Assembly (NCBI GenBank): GCA_963666055.2
Contig: CAXWPH010000014.1
Span: 256,001 to 320,000 of the forward strand
From: Acidobacteriota bacterium
GTDB lineage: Bacteria; Acidobacteriota; UBA890; WLXD01
Reading direction: 5' to 3'
DNA length: 64,000 nucleotides
The notes beneath the pieces are model-generated. The model saw only the letters and a program-made list of their open reading frames with translations. It did no database searches and had not been told where the DNA came from. The stretch's first letter is position 1. Each line of letters starts with the position of its first letter. The translations under genes were made by a program, and so were the position numbers. Below, one piece after another: positions 43,691 to 54,458 of this stretch.

Positions 43691-44812
43691 ATGAAGTCAG
43701 CTGTCTACGCATTACTGCTCGCTGTCTTGGCCTCGGACGGTCAGAGCTTGCAAAGCGTGGCGCTCGAGGAAACCGCCGAGACCAGCGCCAACGCCAGCCT
43801 CGGCGACCTCGACGGCGACGGCGACCTCGATATCGTTCTCGCCAAGGGACGCCATTGGCCCCTGGTCGACCTCGTCTTGATCAACGACGGTGCCGGTGGG
43901 TTCGAGCAACGCCACGAGGTCGGCGGCTCGGCAGATCGGACCTACACGGCAGCCCTCGCCGACCTCGACGGCGATGCCGACCTCGACCTGGTGATCGGCA
44001 ACGATCGCCCCGACGACAAGCGCATCTACTTCAATGACGGCGAGGGTCATTTCAGCCTCGCTGGGACGTTCGGCGATTCAGAGTGGCCGACGCGCAACGT
44101 CACGGTGGCCGACTTGAACGGCGACGACCGCCCCGAGATCATCGTTGCCAACCGCGGCGGGCCCGATAATCTCAGCGCCAACTACGTTTGCGTCAACGAC
44201 GGCACCGGTGCTTTTCCCGCCTGCGATGTGCTGTCGGGTGAGTCGGCCACCACGATCGCGGCGGGCGATCTGACCGGTGACGGGTTCATCGACCTGTTCG
44301 TACCGCATCGTGATGGTGGCCAAAGCTACCTGTTCGTCAACGACGGCGACGGTGGCTTCGACGAGCGCCACACTGTCGGCCCGAAGCGCTCGGCGACCCG
44401 CGCGGTGGCGCTCGGCGACCTCGACGGCGACGGCCTCCTCGACATCATCGTGGGTGATGAAGTCGAGGGCGGGGCACGACTGTATATCAACCGCGGCGAC
44501 GCCTCCTTCGAGGAGTCCAGGGCGATCGGTGACCGCGGCGACGTCGTCTTCGCGTTGGCTGTAGCCGATCTGGACGGAGACGGCGACGAGGATGTCGTGG
44601 TCGGCAATGCTGGGGCTCCCGGCGCTATCCTGACCAACGACGGATCCGGTGACGGGTTCACATTGACCCGCTTCGGCGACGCCCAAGGCGCCGTGTACGG
44701 GGTGGCCATCGGCGACGTCAACGGCGACGGAGTCGCCGACATCGTCGCCGGCCGATCGGGCGCGCCGAACACTCTCTATCTCGGCTGCTGTCGATCACCC
44801 AAACCACGATGA
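43691..44812 (+). CDS. FG-GAP/VCBS repeat beta-propeller protein
   Basis: Seven D.DGDG..D repeats alternating with (I/V)NDG motifs. Confidence 0.88.
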   Translation: MKSAVYALLLAVLASDGQSLQSVALEETAETSANASLGDLDGDGDLDIVLAKGRHWPLVDLVLINDGAGGFEQRHEVGGSADRTYTAALADLDGDADLDLVIGNDRPDDKRIYFNDGEGHFSLAGTFGDSEWPTRNVTVADLNGDDRPEIIVANRGGPDNLSANYVCVNDGTGAFPACDVLSGESATTIAAGDLTGDGFIDLFVPHRDGGQSYLFVNDGDGGFDERHTVGPKRSATRAVALGDLDGDGLLDIIVGDEVEGGARLYINRGDASFEESRAIGDRGDVVFALAVADLDGDGDEDVVVGNAGAPGAILTNDGSGDGFTLTRFGDAQGAVYGVAIGDVNGDGVADIVAGRSGAPNTLYLGCCRSPKPR

Positions 44813-44887
44813 GCACGTCGCGGGCGGCGGTGGCCGAAGAGTCCGGGAGAGCCTAGCAGGGTGCTGAAGATCCGCTATTCACAGTGT

Positions 44888-46669
44888 CTATCCGTCCCGT
44901 GATTCCCAGGCGTCAACGCCGTAAAACGTAATCTCGTCGACCTCGAACCAAAATTCGCCGAGGTTCGCGTCGCCTCGGCGCGAGAGATACAGGCCGCGGC
45001 AATCGGCGCCGCTCCAATCGATTGGCGTCTCCGATTCGAAGAACGGCGTCAGCTCGGCGGCGCCGAGCTCTACCCGCCGCCACTCCTCGGACGCCGCTAT
45101 CTCCTTGCCGAACTCGCCGTCAGCACAGCGGAACGTCAGTTCGAGGGAGCTGTTGCCGCGAGCGTAGAAACGAACGCCGCCGAGATTCTCGAGGCTGATC
45201 GCCGTCGCCCCACGGTCGAACGGGACGTACATCTGGGCGAGCGGCCCGCGGGCCGCACCGAGCGCCAGCTCACCGTCGAGCCGGGCGGCCTTCGAGGTGC
45301 CCGCGGCGCCGTCGTCGACCAGCTGCAGGGCCGCGGCGGACACTCCATTGGTGAACGTTTGCCAATGAACGCCGGTGTGTGCGAACAGGTCGCCATCTTC
45401 GAACGAATCAAAGAGCAGCGTGAGTCCGGCCGCCAGCTCGGCGGGAAACGGAGTCGACACGGCGCCCTCGGCCGCTGCAACCGCCGGCGCGATGCCGTCC
45501 GTCATGGCAACAAGATGGCCCGTCGTGCGGATGAAGATCTGCCCTTCGGAGATCGCCGGCGTAGCCAGGCAGACCTCGCCCATGCGGTTGGTTGCCAGCA
45601 GCTCATACTCGGGCCCGGCCCTGACGACGAAGATGTCGCCGTCCTCACTGGTCAGGTAGATGCGACCGTCCGCGGCGATGGGCGAGGCACTGTAGGCACC
45701 GCCGGTGTCGCCGATGCGCCGCTTGTAGACACGCTCACCGGTGGTCGCATGAAAGACCGTCAACACGCCGTTGGCCGAGACCGCGTACAGGTAGCCGCGG
45801 TAGACGAGCGGCGTGGTGATGTAGGGCCCATCGCGTGACGAGCTCCAGGCGACGTGGGCGTTCGAGCTCTCGCCGGCAGCGAGCGAGATGTCGCCGGTGG
45901 CGCCCGCCCTGATGGCAAAGATCGGCCGCGTGCGGTAGCCGCTGGTCACGTAGACGAGACCTTGATCGCTGACCGGCGTCGGCGTCGTGTTCAAGGAACT
46001 GCCCGACATCCTCCACAGCTCCTCGGCGCTCGCCGGGTCGTACCCGTGCATCGTGCCGGCACCGTTCGTCACCAGCTCGGTGCGCTCCGTGCCGACGTGG
46101 ATCGTCGGCGTCGAGAACGACGAGATTAGGTCGCGCGGTGTCCGCCAGACCTCTTCGCCGGTGCCGATATCGAAGGCGGCGATGAACGAGCCCTCCTGCT
46201 GATCCGCCTGCACGATCACCAGGTCTTGCCAAATGATCGGCGAGCTGGCGGCAGCCCACTGGTAGGCAGTGTCGTAGGAGGCACCCGAATCCAGGGGTCC
46301 GAGATCGAGATCCCACAGCAGCTCGCCTTCGAAGTCGTAACAAAACAAGCCGCCGGTGGCCAGCAAGACCACGACGTGCTCTCCGTCGGTCGCCGGGGTT
46401 GCGGATGCGTAGCTGTTCTTGGGGTGGCGCTGCACGCTCGGGTTGCCACTGCTCGCCTGGCGCACCCATACCACCTCGCCACCGCGTCGATCGAGCGCGT
46501 AGACATACCACGCGTTGCGCGATCGATCGGACCTACGATCCTGGCGGCCGTCGGTCCCGTAGCGAAAGATCGAATCGGGATCATCGCTCACCGCCGTTGT
46601 CAGATAGATCCGGTCACCCCAGACGATCGGGCTCGAGTGCCCGAGCCCCGGGATCGTGGTGCTCCACAA
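44888..46669 (-). pseudogene. PQQ-like (BamB-type) beta-propeller with C-terminal CIA30-like domain; N-terminus missing
   Basis: LWSTTIPGLGHSSP, SYASATP, SSP, ATPAISEGQIFIRT; begins abruptly without a signal peptide. Confidence 0.75.
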
Positions 46670-46670
46670 A

Positions 46671-46916
46671 GGCCGCAAGTTCGGACTTCACGAACCTATC
46701 AATGACGAGCAGCAGGCCCGCGTCGGGAAGCAGCGCATTTATTTTCGCGTGCGCGACCTCGACGCCCACCGCACCCGGCTGCAAGCGTGGGGCGTCGAGT
46801 CGGGAGAAACTCACAAGACCAACTGGATGGATTTCTTCATCGTTTCCGACGCCGACGGCCACGAGATCGTGTTCGCGATAACCGACGCCGAGCGCCACCG
46901 GACCGATCCCTGGTAA
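46671..46916 (+). pseudogene. VOC/glyoxalase C-terminal half
   Basis: KFGLHEP...IYFRVRDLDA...W..FFIVSDADGHEIVF; no N-terminal half adjacent. Confidence 0.7.
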
Positions 46917-47072
46917 GAACGTGCACCGGGTGGCTCCCCGGGGCCCACAGACTGTGCCCGGCCGCTAGGGAGACCTCCGATGCCGAGCGCAAGCGCGCAC
47001 ATCAGTACTAGGCGTGGACGGCGCGACCGGTGAACGTACGGCAGGCGAACGCTTGTGGTGGGACGCAACCCT

Positions 47073-47963
47073 CTATTCCATCGGGCCGTCCGAAATCGCC
47101 GCAGCGCGGCGCACTACGCGGGCGATGGCGGACACGTCCTCGTCACCGTGGCCCTGGGCGATCAGCGCGTCTTCCATGCCGGCCACGTACGCCGCCGTTG
47201 GCAGCGGCAGTTCGGCGGCGCGGCCGGTGTCGAGAGCGATGCCGAGGTCCTTGCGATGCAGCCGTACCCGGAAACCCAGCGGGTACTCGTCGCGCACCAT
47301 GTTCTCGGCCCGGTTGTCGAGGATCCAGGACGCAGCGGCGCCGCTGTTGATGGCGGCGATGACCCGGCGCGGGTCAGCACCGGCGCGGAACGCCAGGGCA
47401 ATGCCCTCGGCCAGCGACTGGTAGGTTCCAGCGATGATCACCTGATTCACTGCCTTGGCGATCTGGCCGCAGCCCACCGGTCCGACGTGGGTGACCTTTC
47501 CGCCGATGATCTCGAGCACCGGTAGCGCACGCTCGAAGTCGACCTCCGTTCCGCCGCACATGATCGCCAGGGTTCCGTGGATCGCGCCCTCGGAGCCGCC
47601 GGAGACCGGCGCGTCCACGAAGCCGATCTCCTTGTCCTCCGCTTTCCTCGCCAGGTCGCGTGCACCCTCGGGCGAGATGGTCGAGCAATCGACGACCAGG
47701 CCGCCGCGCGCCAGCCCCGCCAGAGCGCCGTCGGAACCGGCCAGCACCTCGGCCACGTCGTCGGTATCCGAGACGCAGATCAGCACCACGTCCGCCTTCC
47801 CCGCCGCCTCCCGCGGACTCGCCGCGCGCCAGGCCCCCTGGGCCTCAAGGGGCTCTTCGCGGCTCCTGGTGCGATTGTGCACCGTGACCTCGACTCCGGC
47901 GTTGATCAGGTTGGCGGCCATTGGCGCGCCCATCGTTCCCAGGCCGATGACGGCAACCTTCAT
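47073..47963 (-). CDS. NAD(P)-dependent beta-hydroxyacid dehydrogenase (GlxR/MmsB family)
   Basis: IGLGTMGAPMA, DAPVSGG, GQIAKAVNQ, KDL; GGAGG RBS. Confidence 0.92.
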   Translation of the reverse strand: MKVAVIGLGTMGAPMAANLINAGVEVTVHNRTRSREEPLEAQGAWRAASPREAAGKADVVLICVSDTDDVAEVLAGSDGALAGLARGGLVVDCSTISPEGARDLARKAEDKEIGFVDAPVSGGSEGAIHGTLAIMCGGTEVDFERALPVLEIIGGKVTHVGPVGCGQIAKAVNQVIIAGTYQSLAEGIALAFRAGADPRRVIAAINSGAAASWILDNRAENMVRDEYPLGFRVRLHRKDLGIALDTGRAAELPLPTAAYVAGMEDALIAQGHGDEDVSAIARVVRRAAAISDGPME

Positions 47964-48039
47964 GTCGTTGATCCTCCTCCGCGTTCGGGTTTCGCGCCGC
48001 AGGATACCACCGGGCCCCGTGAGCACCCGTCCGTGGTAC

Positions 48040-48215
48040 GGAGGAAGGCAGAGTGCCGTTCGTTCCACCGATGGCCAACAGCCCGGCTCTTGGGGAGGGG
48101 GAGGTGACGGCCAGATGAAGGAGGGCTCGATCATCGGCGGTGCGCCGCTGTCGCTGGGGCCAGCGCCTGAGGCGCCTACGGGTCGAGCTGGGCAGATGAC
48201 GGCCACATCTCGCTA
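48040..48215 (+). pseudogene. Degraded fragment resembling a PD40/TolB-like propeller blade
   Basis: DGQMKEGSIIGGAPLSLG and, in another frame, SWADDGHI; compare the LKKVS..GG.P..L...GASW..DG.I pattern. Confidence 0.4.
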
Positions 48216-48319
48216 GGCTGGCACGGCGAGCTCGTTCACCCAGAAATATACGTTCCACATTTTCTGTACCGCTTCGTAGTGTGGAACGATAAATTTGGGG
48301 TCTTCGACTTGACTGAGCA

Positions 48320-48478
48320 TCAAGTGGGAATCTCACGTGAAAGGATACAGAAGCCTGGAGGCTCGCCCCAGAAGCGTTCGTATCTAAATCCGACCTTGTC
48401 TCGGTAGTAGTTGGCAGACGCAACCACGTCCCTCACCAACAGTATTGGTGCACTCCCCGCGATTTCTGACTTCGCCAT
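48320..48478 (-). pseudogene. VOC/bleomycin-resistance family N-terminal fragment
   Basis: MAKSEIAGSAPILLVRDVVASANYYRDKVGF...WGEPPGFCILSR then truncated. Confidence 0.7.
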
Positions 48479-48589
48479 GTCAACAGGCACCCTACCAAAG
48501 TTTCGGCGATCAGCAACGACCGGCCTGTGCGTGATCGCCAGCTTGGCGGCGACGGCGTTGTCCCTGGCGGCATGTGGGCCAGCGACATC

Positions 48590-49198
48590 GACGGTCGACG
48601 AGGCGATTGACATTTGGGAGCAGATGGGCGTGGTCGTCGAGGACATCACGCTGCCTCGGTACCCAACGGGAGCCCTGTTCTCGACCATCGTCACCGTCGA
48701 GAGCGGCACGATCTTCAAGCCCCTGTTCGATGACGGCCGAGCCAATGGAATGTTCTCCTTCAACCAGGACCGAGCCGCGGGGTGGATGGCAGGCCGCATG
48801 ATGCCGGCGGCGGACTATCTGACGGCCCAACGGATCCGCAGTCAGCTGACCCGCGAGGCCGACGAGATCGTCTCTCGGTACGACGCCGTCATCGCCCCCA
48901 CGTGGCCGAACGGCGCGGCGCTTCGTGAGGTCCGAGACGGTTGGCCCATCCCGGCCCGCAACGAGTGGGAGCCCCCGACGAGATCGACGCTCAGACCCCT
49001 CGGCTCAACTACATCGCCAACCTCGTCGGACACCCCGGCCTGTCGATTCCGTGTGGCTTCGACCCTGACGGCCTGCCGCTTTGCCTTCAGATCGTCGGGT
49101 CTCCCTTCGACGAACAAGCGGTGCTCGACTTCGGCATGTCGTTCCAACGCGATACAGACTGGCATCTTCAAAGGCCCCCGTTTCCCTGGAGGGAGTAG
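48590..49198 (+). pseudogene. Amidase (GatA-like) C-terminal fragment with frameshift
   Basis: ADYLTAQRIRS...DAVIAPT, then in another frame ANLVGHPGLSIPCGF...GLPLCLQIVG..FDE; fused to an unrelated lipoprotein signal. Confidence 0.75.
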
Positions 49199-49233
49199 GG
49201 AGCTTGACGCAACGAAAATTCGCAGGAGTCTTC

Positions 49234-50799
49234 ATGAACATTTCGCGTCGTGCCCATGGCCAGTGGAGCCTGCTGGCGCTGTCCGCTCTGCTCGTGGCGA
49301 TGCCTAGACCATCAGCCGCGCAATCGCACTACGACCTGCCTATTCGAGAGCATGTCTTCGACAACGGGCTCCGTCTGCTCGTCCTGGAGCGCAGCAGAGA
49401 CCCCAGAGTGGCCTGCAAGATCTTCACGGACATGGGCGCGATCCACGAAGTCCCTGGGCTCCTCGGGGCGGCGCACTTCCAGGAGCACATCATGTTCAAG
49501 GGCACTCCCACGCTGGGCACGACCGACTGGGAAGCGGAACAGCCGATCCGGGAGCGCATGTGGGAGGTGGAGGCCGATCTGATCGAAGAGAAGAACCGAG
49601 CCCGGAACGACATCCGGCAGCGCGGCATCATGGACGATTACCGGCATGTTGAGAGCACGCCCGGTATGGACGAGCTGCTCACCGGGCTGGCGGAGCTCGA
49701 GCGCCAGGCGGCGACGTACCGTGAGAGTAGCCCGATGTCGAAGTGGTACCAGGCCTACGGGGGTACGGGCCTCACCGCGACCACCGAGCAGGAGTACATG
49801 AACTTCGACATCATCCTGCCCGTCGAGCGCGTCGACCTCTTCCTTCGGGTCGAGGCGGACCGAATGTCGAACACCGTGTTCCGGGAGTTCGAGCAGGAGC
49901 GGATGATCCTCGTGGAGCAGCGTATCGGCGATCTGAACAACGCGTCGACGCCGTACTACGAGCAGATGAACGCGCTGTCGGGGATCGTGCATCCGGTGTT
50001 CTGGCCCGAGGGTTACAGCACCGACTTCGACGAGTACACGCGCACGTCGCAGAGAGCGATGTACGAGGAGTACTTCGTGGTCAACAACACCACGCTGGTG
50101 TTCGTCGGCGGGGTCTCCCTCGAGGGGCTGATTCCGCGCGTCGAGCACTACTTCGGGTGGATGGAGCGTGCTCCCGAACCCCGCCGGACTCCCGCAGTCG
50201 AGCCGCGTCCCGGCTCGGAGCGCCGATTGGTCTACCGCAACGACGAGATCGAGCCGCGGGTCGAGTTCCGTTATCAGATCCCCGCGGTGGGTCACCCCGA
50301 TCGGCCCGTCTTCGACGTGCTGGGTGAGGTCGCAGCCGGTCGGCTCGTGGAGAGGCTCGCCGGCGAGGGGATCGCGGCCGGGGTCAACGTGAACACACGC
50401 GTGGTGCACACGGCGCGCTTTGGCGTCCCGAGCACGATCAACTTCGAGCTGGTCCTCTTGGATGAAGGGAGGCTCGAAGAGGCGGAAGCCCTGCTTGAAG
50501 AGACGATCCAGTCGCTTATGACGCCCCTGGACGACAGCAAGGTGAGGCGTGCCCAGAAGGTGCTTCGCACCGCGTGGCACCGTACCGCGAGAGACGCGAG
50601 CGCGCTGGCCTTCGAAATCGGGCATTTCCAGACGATGGACCGCTGGGAGTCGCTACAAGCGTTCCTCGACGCGCGCGACACCACGTCAGCAGCCGACATC
50701 GCACGGGTCGCGCAGCTCTACTTCGTGCCGGACAACCGCTCGGTGGGTGTGGCGCGCTCACGAGCGCCCCGGCGGCCAACCTCGGAGGAGCGGCCATGA
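49234..50799 (+). CDS. M16 family Zn peptidase, catalytic subunit
   Basis: Signal peptide, FDNGLRLLV, GAAHFQEHIMFKGT (HxxEH). Confidence 0.9.
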   Translation: MNISRRAHGQWSLLALSALLVAMPRPSAAQSHYDLPIREHVFDNGLRLLVLERSRDPRVACKIFTDMGAIHEVPGLLGAAHFQEHIMFKGTPTLGTTDWEAEQPIRERMWEVEADLIEEKNRARNDIRQRGIMDDYRHVESTPGMDELLTGLAELERQAATYRESSPMSKWYQAYGGTGLTATTEQEYMNFDIILPVERVDLFLRVEADRMSNTVFREFEQERMILVEQRIGDLNNASTPYYEQMNALSGIVHPVFWPEGYSTDFDEYTRTSQRAMYEEYFVVNNTTLVFVGGVSLEGLIPRVEHYFGWMERAPEPRRTPAVEPRPGSERRLVYRNDEIEPRVEFRYQIPAVGHPDRPVFDVLGEVAAGRLVERLAGEGIAAGVNVNTRVVHTARFGVPSTINFELVLLDEGRLEEAEALLEETIQSLMTPLDDSKVRRAQKVLRTAWHRTARDASALAFEIGHFQTMDRWESLQAFLDARDTTSAADIARVAQLYFVPDNRSVGVARSRAPRRPTSEERP

Positions 50800-52235
50800 T
50801 GACCCGGCCCCTCCTCATCGCGGCAGCAACGCTAGTGCTCCACACGACCCCGGCGGTCGCACAGGACACCACGCATCCGCAAGACATGGACCTTCCAGCC
50901 CCCTCGTTCGAGCGTCCCGATCCTGAAGGTCTTCGCCTGGAGCTGGATAACGGCCTTCGCGCGTACGTGGCCGAGGATCACCGGGCGCCGCTCATGACGC
51001 TGACGGCGTTCGTCGCGGCCGGATCGGCCCACGGCGAGGCCGGCGAGGCCGCGGCCGTGGCGGCGGCGCTGCGACGCGGGCCGGCATCGATGTCCGTGGC
51101 GGATTTCCGTGCCGCGCTCGATCAGATGGCGGCCGCGTACACGGTGACCCTGGGACGAGAGGAGACCGAGATCACCATGGACGTGCCCGCCGGAGATGCG
51201 TGGAGGGCGCTCGACCTGTTCTCCGCCACCCTCCAGGGGCCGGCGTTGGGCGCCTCGTCGGCCGGCAGCCCGGCGCGCACGTCTCAGGCCGAGGGAATCG
51301 ACTGGGCGAGCTCGATCGCCGGGGCGATCGCCGCGTTCGACAGCCGCTTGTACCAGGGCCATCCGTTCGGGCGCAGTCCGTCCGCTGACGACGTGGACGA
51401 GGCCAACGCCGGGGGCGCCGAGCGTTACCACCGCACGTACTTCGTTCCTGCGAACGTCGTCCTCGCGGTCGCCGGCGACTTCGACGCGGCGGAGGCGCGG
51501 CATCGTACCGCCGAAGCGTTCTCGCGGTGGAGTGGCGGCGAACGTGCCGGTGCCTTGACGTTTCCGAACGTGACGACGGAGTCGCCGCGTCGCGTGCTTC
51601 AGGCGAACGCCGACAAGCTCCAGGGTTGGGTCGTGATCGGCCATGAGATCCCCATCGTGCCGCGGCAGGATCAGGCCGCGCTCGACGTGATGAACTACAT
51701 CCTCGGCGCCTATCACCTCGATTCACGGCTCTACCGTGAGTCGAGGGAGCTGCGCGGTCTCACCAACGACAACAGCTCGTTCCTCGAGCCCGGCGTGCGA
51801 GGTCCCGGCAGCTACACGTTCCGCACCTACGGCCGACCGGAGGCGGTGCGCTTGCTCGTGGAGATCACCTTCCGGGAGCTCCAAAAGATCCGCGACACGA
51901 GAGCGAGCGACGACGAGCTCTTCGTCGCCAAGGGAGCGCTTGCGGACGGAACGTACGCGTCACAGTACGCGACGGGGCTTGATGCGTCGCGGAGCTTTGC
52001 GCTGGAATGGCTGCGTGACCGAGACCATGACTGGTCGGCCGGCTATACGGAGCGGATTCGCGCGGTGACGCTAGAGCAGGTACAGGCGGCGGCACAAAGG
52101 TACATCCACCCCGATCGCATGCTGGTCTCCGTCATGGGTCCGCTCGAGAAGATCGAGGCGTCGCCGATGATCGAGTCGGAGCCCCAATTAGATGCTTGGG
52201 GCGAGATCGAGCGAGTCGATGGCGGAGGGCGTTGA
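50796..52235 (+). CDS. M16 family peptidase, non-catalytic partner subunit
   Basis: LDNGLRAYV, YFVPAN..LAVAGDF, SRLYRESRELRGL; no HxxEH; ATGA overlap. Confidence 0.85.
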   Translation: MMTRPLLIAAATLVLHTTPAVAQDTTHPQDMDLPAPSFERPDPEGLRLELDNGLRAYVAEDHRAPLMTLTAFVAAGSAHGEAGEAAAVAAALRRGPASMSVADFRAALDQMAAAYTVTLGREETEITMDVPAGDAWRALDLFSATLQGPALGASSAGSPARTSQAEGIDWASSIAGAIAAFDSRLYQGHPFGRSPSADDVDEANAGGAERYHRTYFVPANVVLAVAGDFDAAEARHRTAEAFSRWSGGERAGALTFPNVTTESPRRVLQANADKLQGWVVIGHEIPIVPRQDQAALDVMNYILGAYHLDSRLYRESRELRGLTNDNSSFLEPGVRGPGSYTFRTYGRPEAVRLLVEITFRELQKIRDTRASDDELFVAKGALADGTYASQYATGLDASRSFALEWLRDRDHDWSAGYTERIRAVTLEQVQAAAQRYIHPDRMLVSVMGPLEKIEASPMIESEPQLDAWGEIERVDGGGR

Positions 52236-52279
52236 AGTGGCCGGTTGCCGGGCCCGCAACGGACCCGTCGCCGCGCTCC

Positions 52280-53893
52280 TCAATACGACAGAGTCTCCCC
52301 TGGCAGTGGTGGGGTGTGACGGGGGAGACGCCGCGCTGCGGTACGCTGCTCGAACGCATAGCCGAGTGCCAGCAGACGCGGCTCGCTGAATGCGCGGCCC
52401 ATGAACGATAGCGTTACCGGTAGCCCGGAAGTCGTGAAGCCCGCGGGGACGGCGAGAGCGGGAAAGCCCGCCAAGCTCGCAATGTTGGTGGGAGTGCTGC
52501 CCATAGTCGCGGTGAGCGCACTCCCGCCAACCAGCTGGGGCGGTGGATCGGCGTCGATCCAGGTGGGTCTGGTAGGAGATGTGGGGTAGACGATGGCGTC
52601 GAGCTCGTTGACCTCGAATAGCCCGGCCACCATATCCCGAATCAGCGGCAGGCCGTGCTTGCGTACGGCGAGATAGTCATAGTCGTTCAACGTGCCGGCT
52701 TCCGTTTCCCTCTTGAGCAGATGCCAGCGCGACGCGTTGGGAACATACCCCTCCGGTGACGGCGACCTGAGCATGGTCGACCGCCGATACAGCTCTTCAA
52801 CGGTCTTTGGATACTTCTCGTCCAAGGTCGCGAGATATTCGCCCATTTGCGGTTTGAACTCGGGAAGGCGCACCGTCCAATAAAGCTCCTCCCGCGAACG
52901 CAGCAGCCACTCCGGAAACTCCACCTCGACGATGGTCGCACCGGCGTCGCGCATCGCCTCCAGCGAGACCTCGACGACCCAGTCCACGTCCCCATCCTGT
53001 CCGAGGAACTGACGGGCGACCCCGATGCGAGCGCCGTCGAGGGCGTCGGCGTCGAGGTAGGCCGTGTAGTCGCTCTCGACCCTGCCGGCGACCCCGGCGG
53101 TGGCTTCGTCGGCGGGGTCGACTCCGGCCAGCACGCCGAGGGAGACCGCCACATCGTAGACGTGGCGAGCCATTGGGCCAGCCATGTCGAAGGACAGGCC
53201 GAGCGGGATGATGCCGTCCCGGCTGAGGAGACCGTACGTCGGCCTCAGACCCACGATGCCGTTGGCCGACGCCGGGGCGCGGACGGAGCCGCCCGTGTCG
53301 GTCCCGAGGCCGAGAGGCGCGTACGCCGCCGCGATGCCGACTCCCGTACCGATGGATGACCCTGAAGGTGACCGTTCGACGTCGTGTGGGTTCCGCGTCA
53401 CTCCCCCGATGGAGCTCAAGGAGTCGCCCGAGGCGAACTCGCTCATGGTCGTCTTCGCCAGGATGACCGCCCCGGCGTCGCGTAGCTTGCGCACCAGAAA
53501 CGCGTCATCCGGAGGTAGCGATCCGGCCAGCACGAACGACCCGCCGGTGGTATCGAAGTTGTCCTTCAGGAGGACGGGAATGCCGTGCAGCGGTGACCTC
53601 GGCCCACTCGTCGCCCTCTCAGTATCGAGGGCCCGGGCCTGCGCCAACGCGCTCCGATTCAATGCCATCACCGCGTTGAGCTCGGGACCGGCATCGTCGA
53701 AAGCCGCGATTCGTGCCAGGCTGAGCTCGATGAGCCTCTCGGAGGTGAGCTTGCCGGAATCGAAGGCGGCGTTGATGTCGGCGATGGTGGCCGTGGTGAG
53801 CTCGAATGTCCTTTACCTGGGCTCCTGCGAGGCCTCGGAGACGGCCAATGAGAGCGCCATGGCGATTGGCGGTATCAGATAACGGTGTCGCAT
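52280..53893 (-). pseudogene. Secreted amidase, disrupted
   Basis: LHGIPVLLKDN, SGSS, GTDTGGSVR..A. In-frame TAA at 53813-53815 after the signal peptide and a short deletion at FDT|TGGS. Confidence 0.78.
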
Positions 53894-54034
53894 GATGGTC
53901 GCTTCCACTCACCGAAATGGTCGCATCCTGTCGACCTTTGATCTGGATTACTCGACCCCTGGAGCGGCCGAAACTGAGATGACCGGCGTTCGGCACACTG
54001 TGCCAGCCGGGTAATTGACTTGACAGTGCCAGCG

Positions 54035-54313
54035 CTAGCAGGCCGTGGTGAAAGTGTGGTGGGCCTGGTTACGGCGAGTTGGGGCCAGATGCAAGGCGGC
54101 CTGACACAGGCGATGCCCTAGCCATCGTCGAGAAAGGCCAACACCGCAGATGGCCCCAAATCGCCGTAACCCTTCGGGCGACAGGGGGTTGCGCGCCTAT
54201 GCTGCGTCGTTCCTCGTCAACGATGGGGGTTCCATCGCCTTCTCCTCTCTCCTTGCCTCCCCCTCGCAAGACCCTGTCGCCAGACCCACCACACTTTCAC
54301 CACGGCCTGCTAG
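54035..54313 (-). mobile_element. MITE-like element, copy 3 (279 bp, opposite orientation)
   Basis: Reverse complement of copies 1 and 2; one mismatch in the inverted end. Confidence 0.9.
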
Positions 54314-54458
54314 CAGAGTTTCTTCAGCACCTTGCTAGTGTTCAGGTCGACGCGTTTGCCGTTTTGAGCGAGGCGTGATCCGATTGTCGCCGCGAGCTCA
54401 CCCACGTGGAGCGCGGCATCGAGGTGGCGCGGCGAGAGGATCTCCTGACCATCTCATC

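Noticed and set aside
53813-53815. In-frame stop in the amidase as recoding
   Set aside because: It is TAA, not UGA or UAG, and the gene has a second lesion, so it is a pseudogene.
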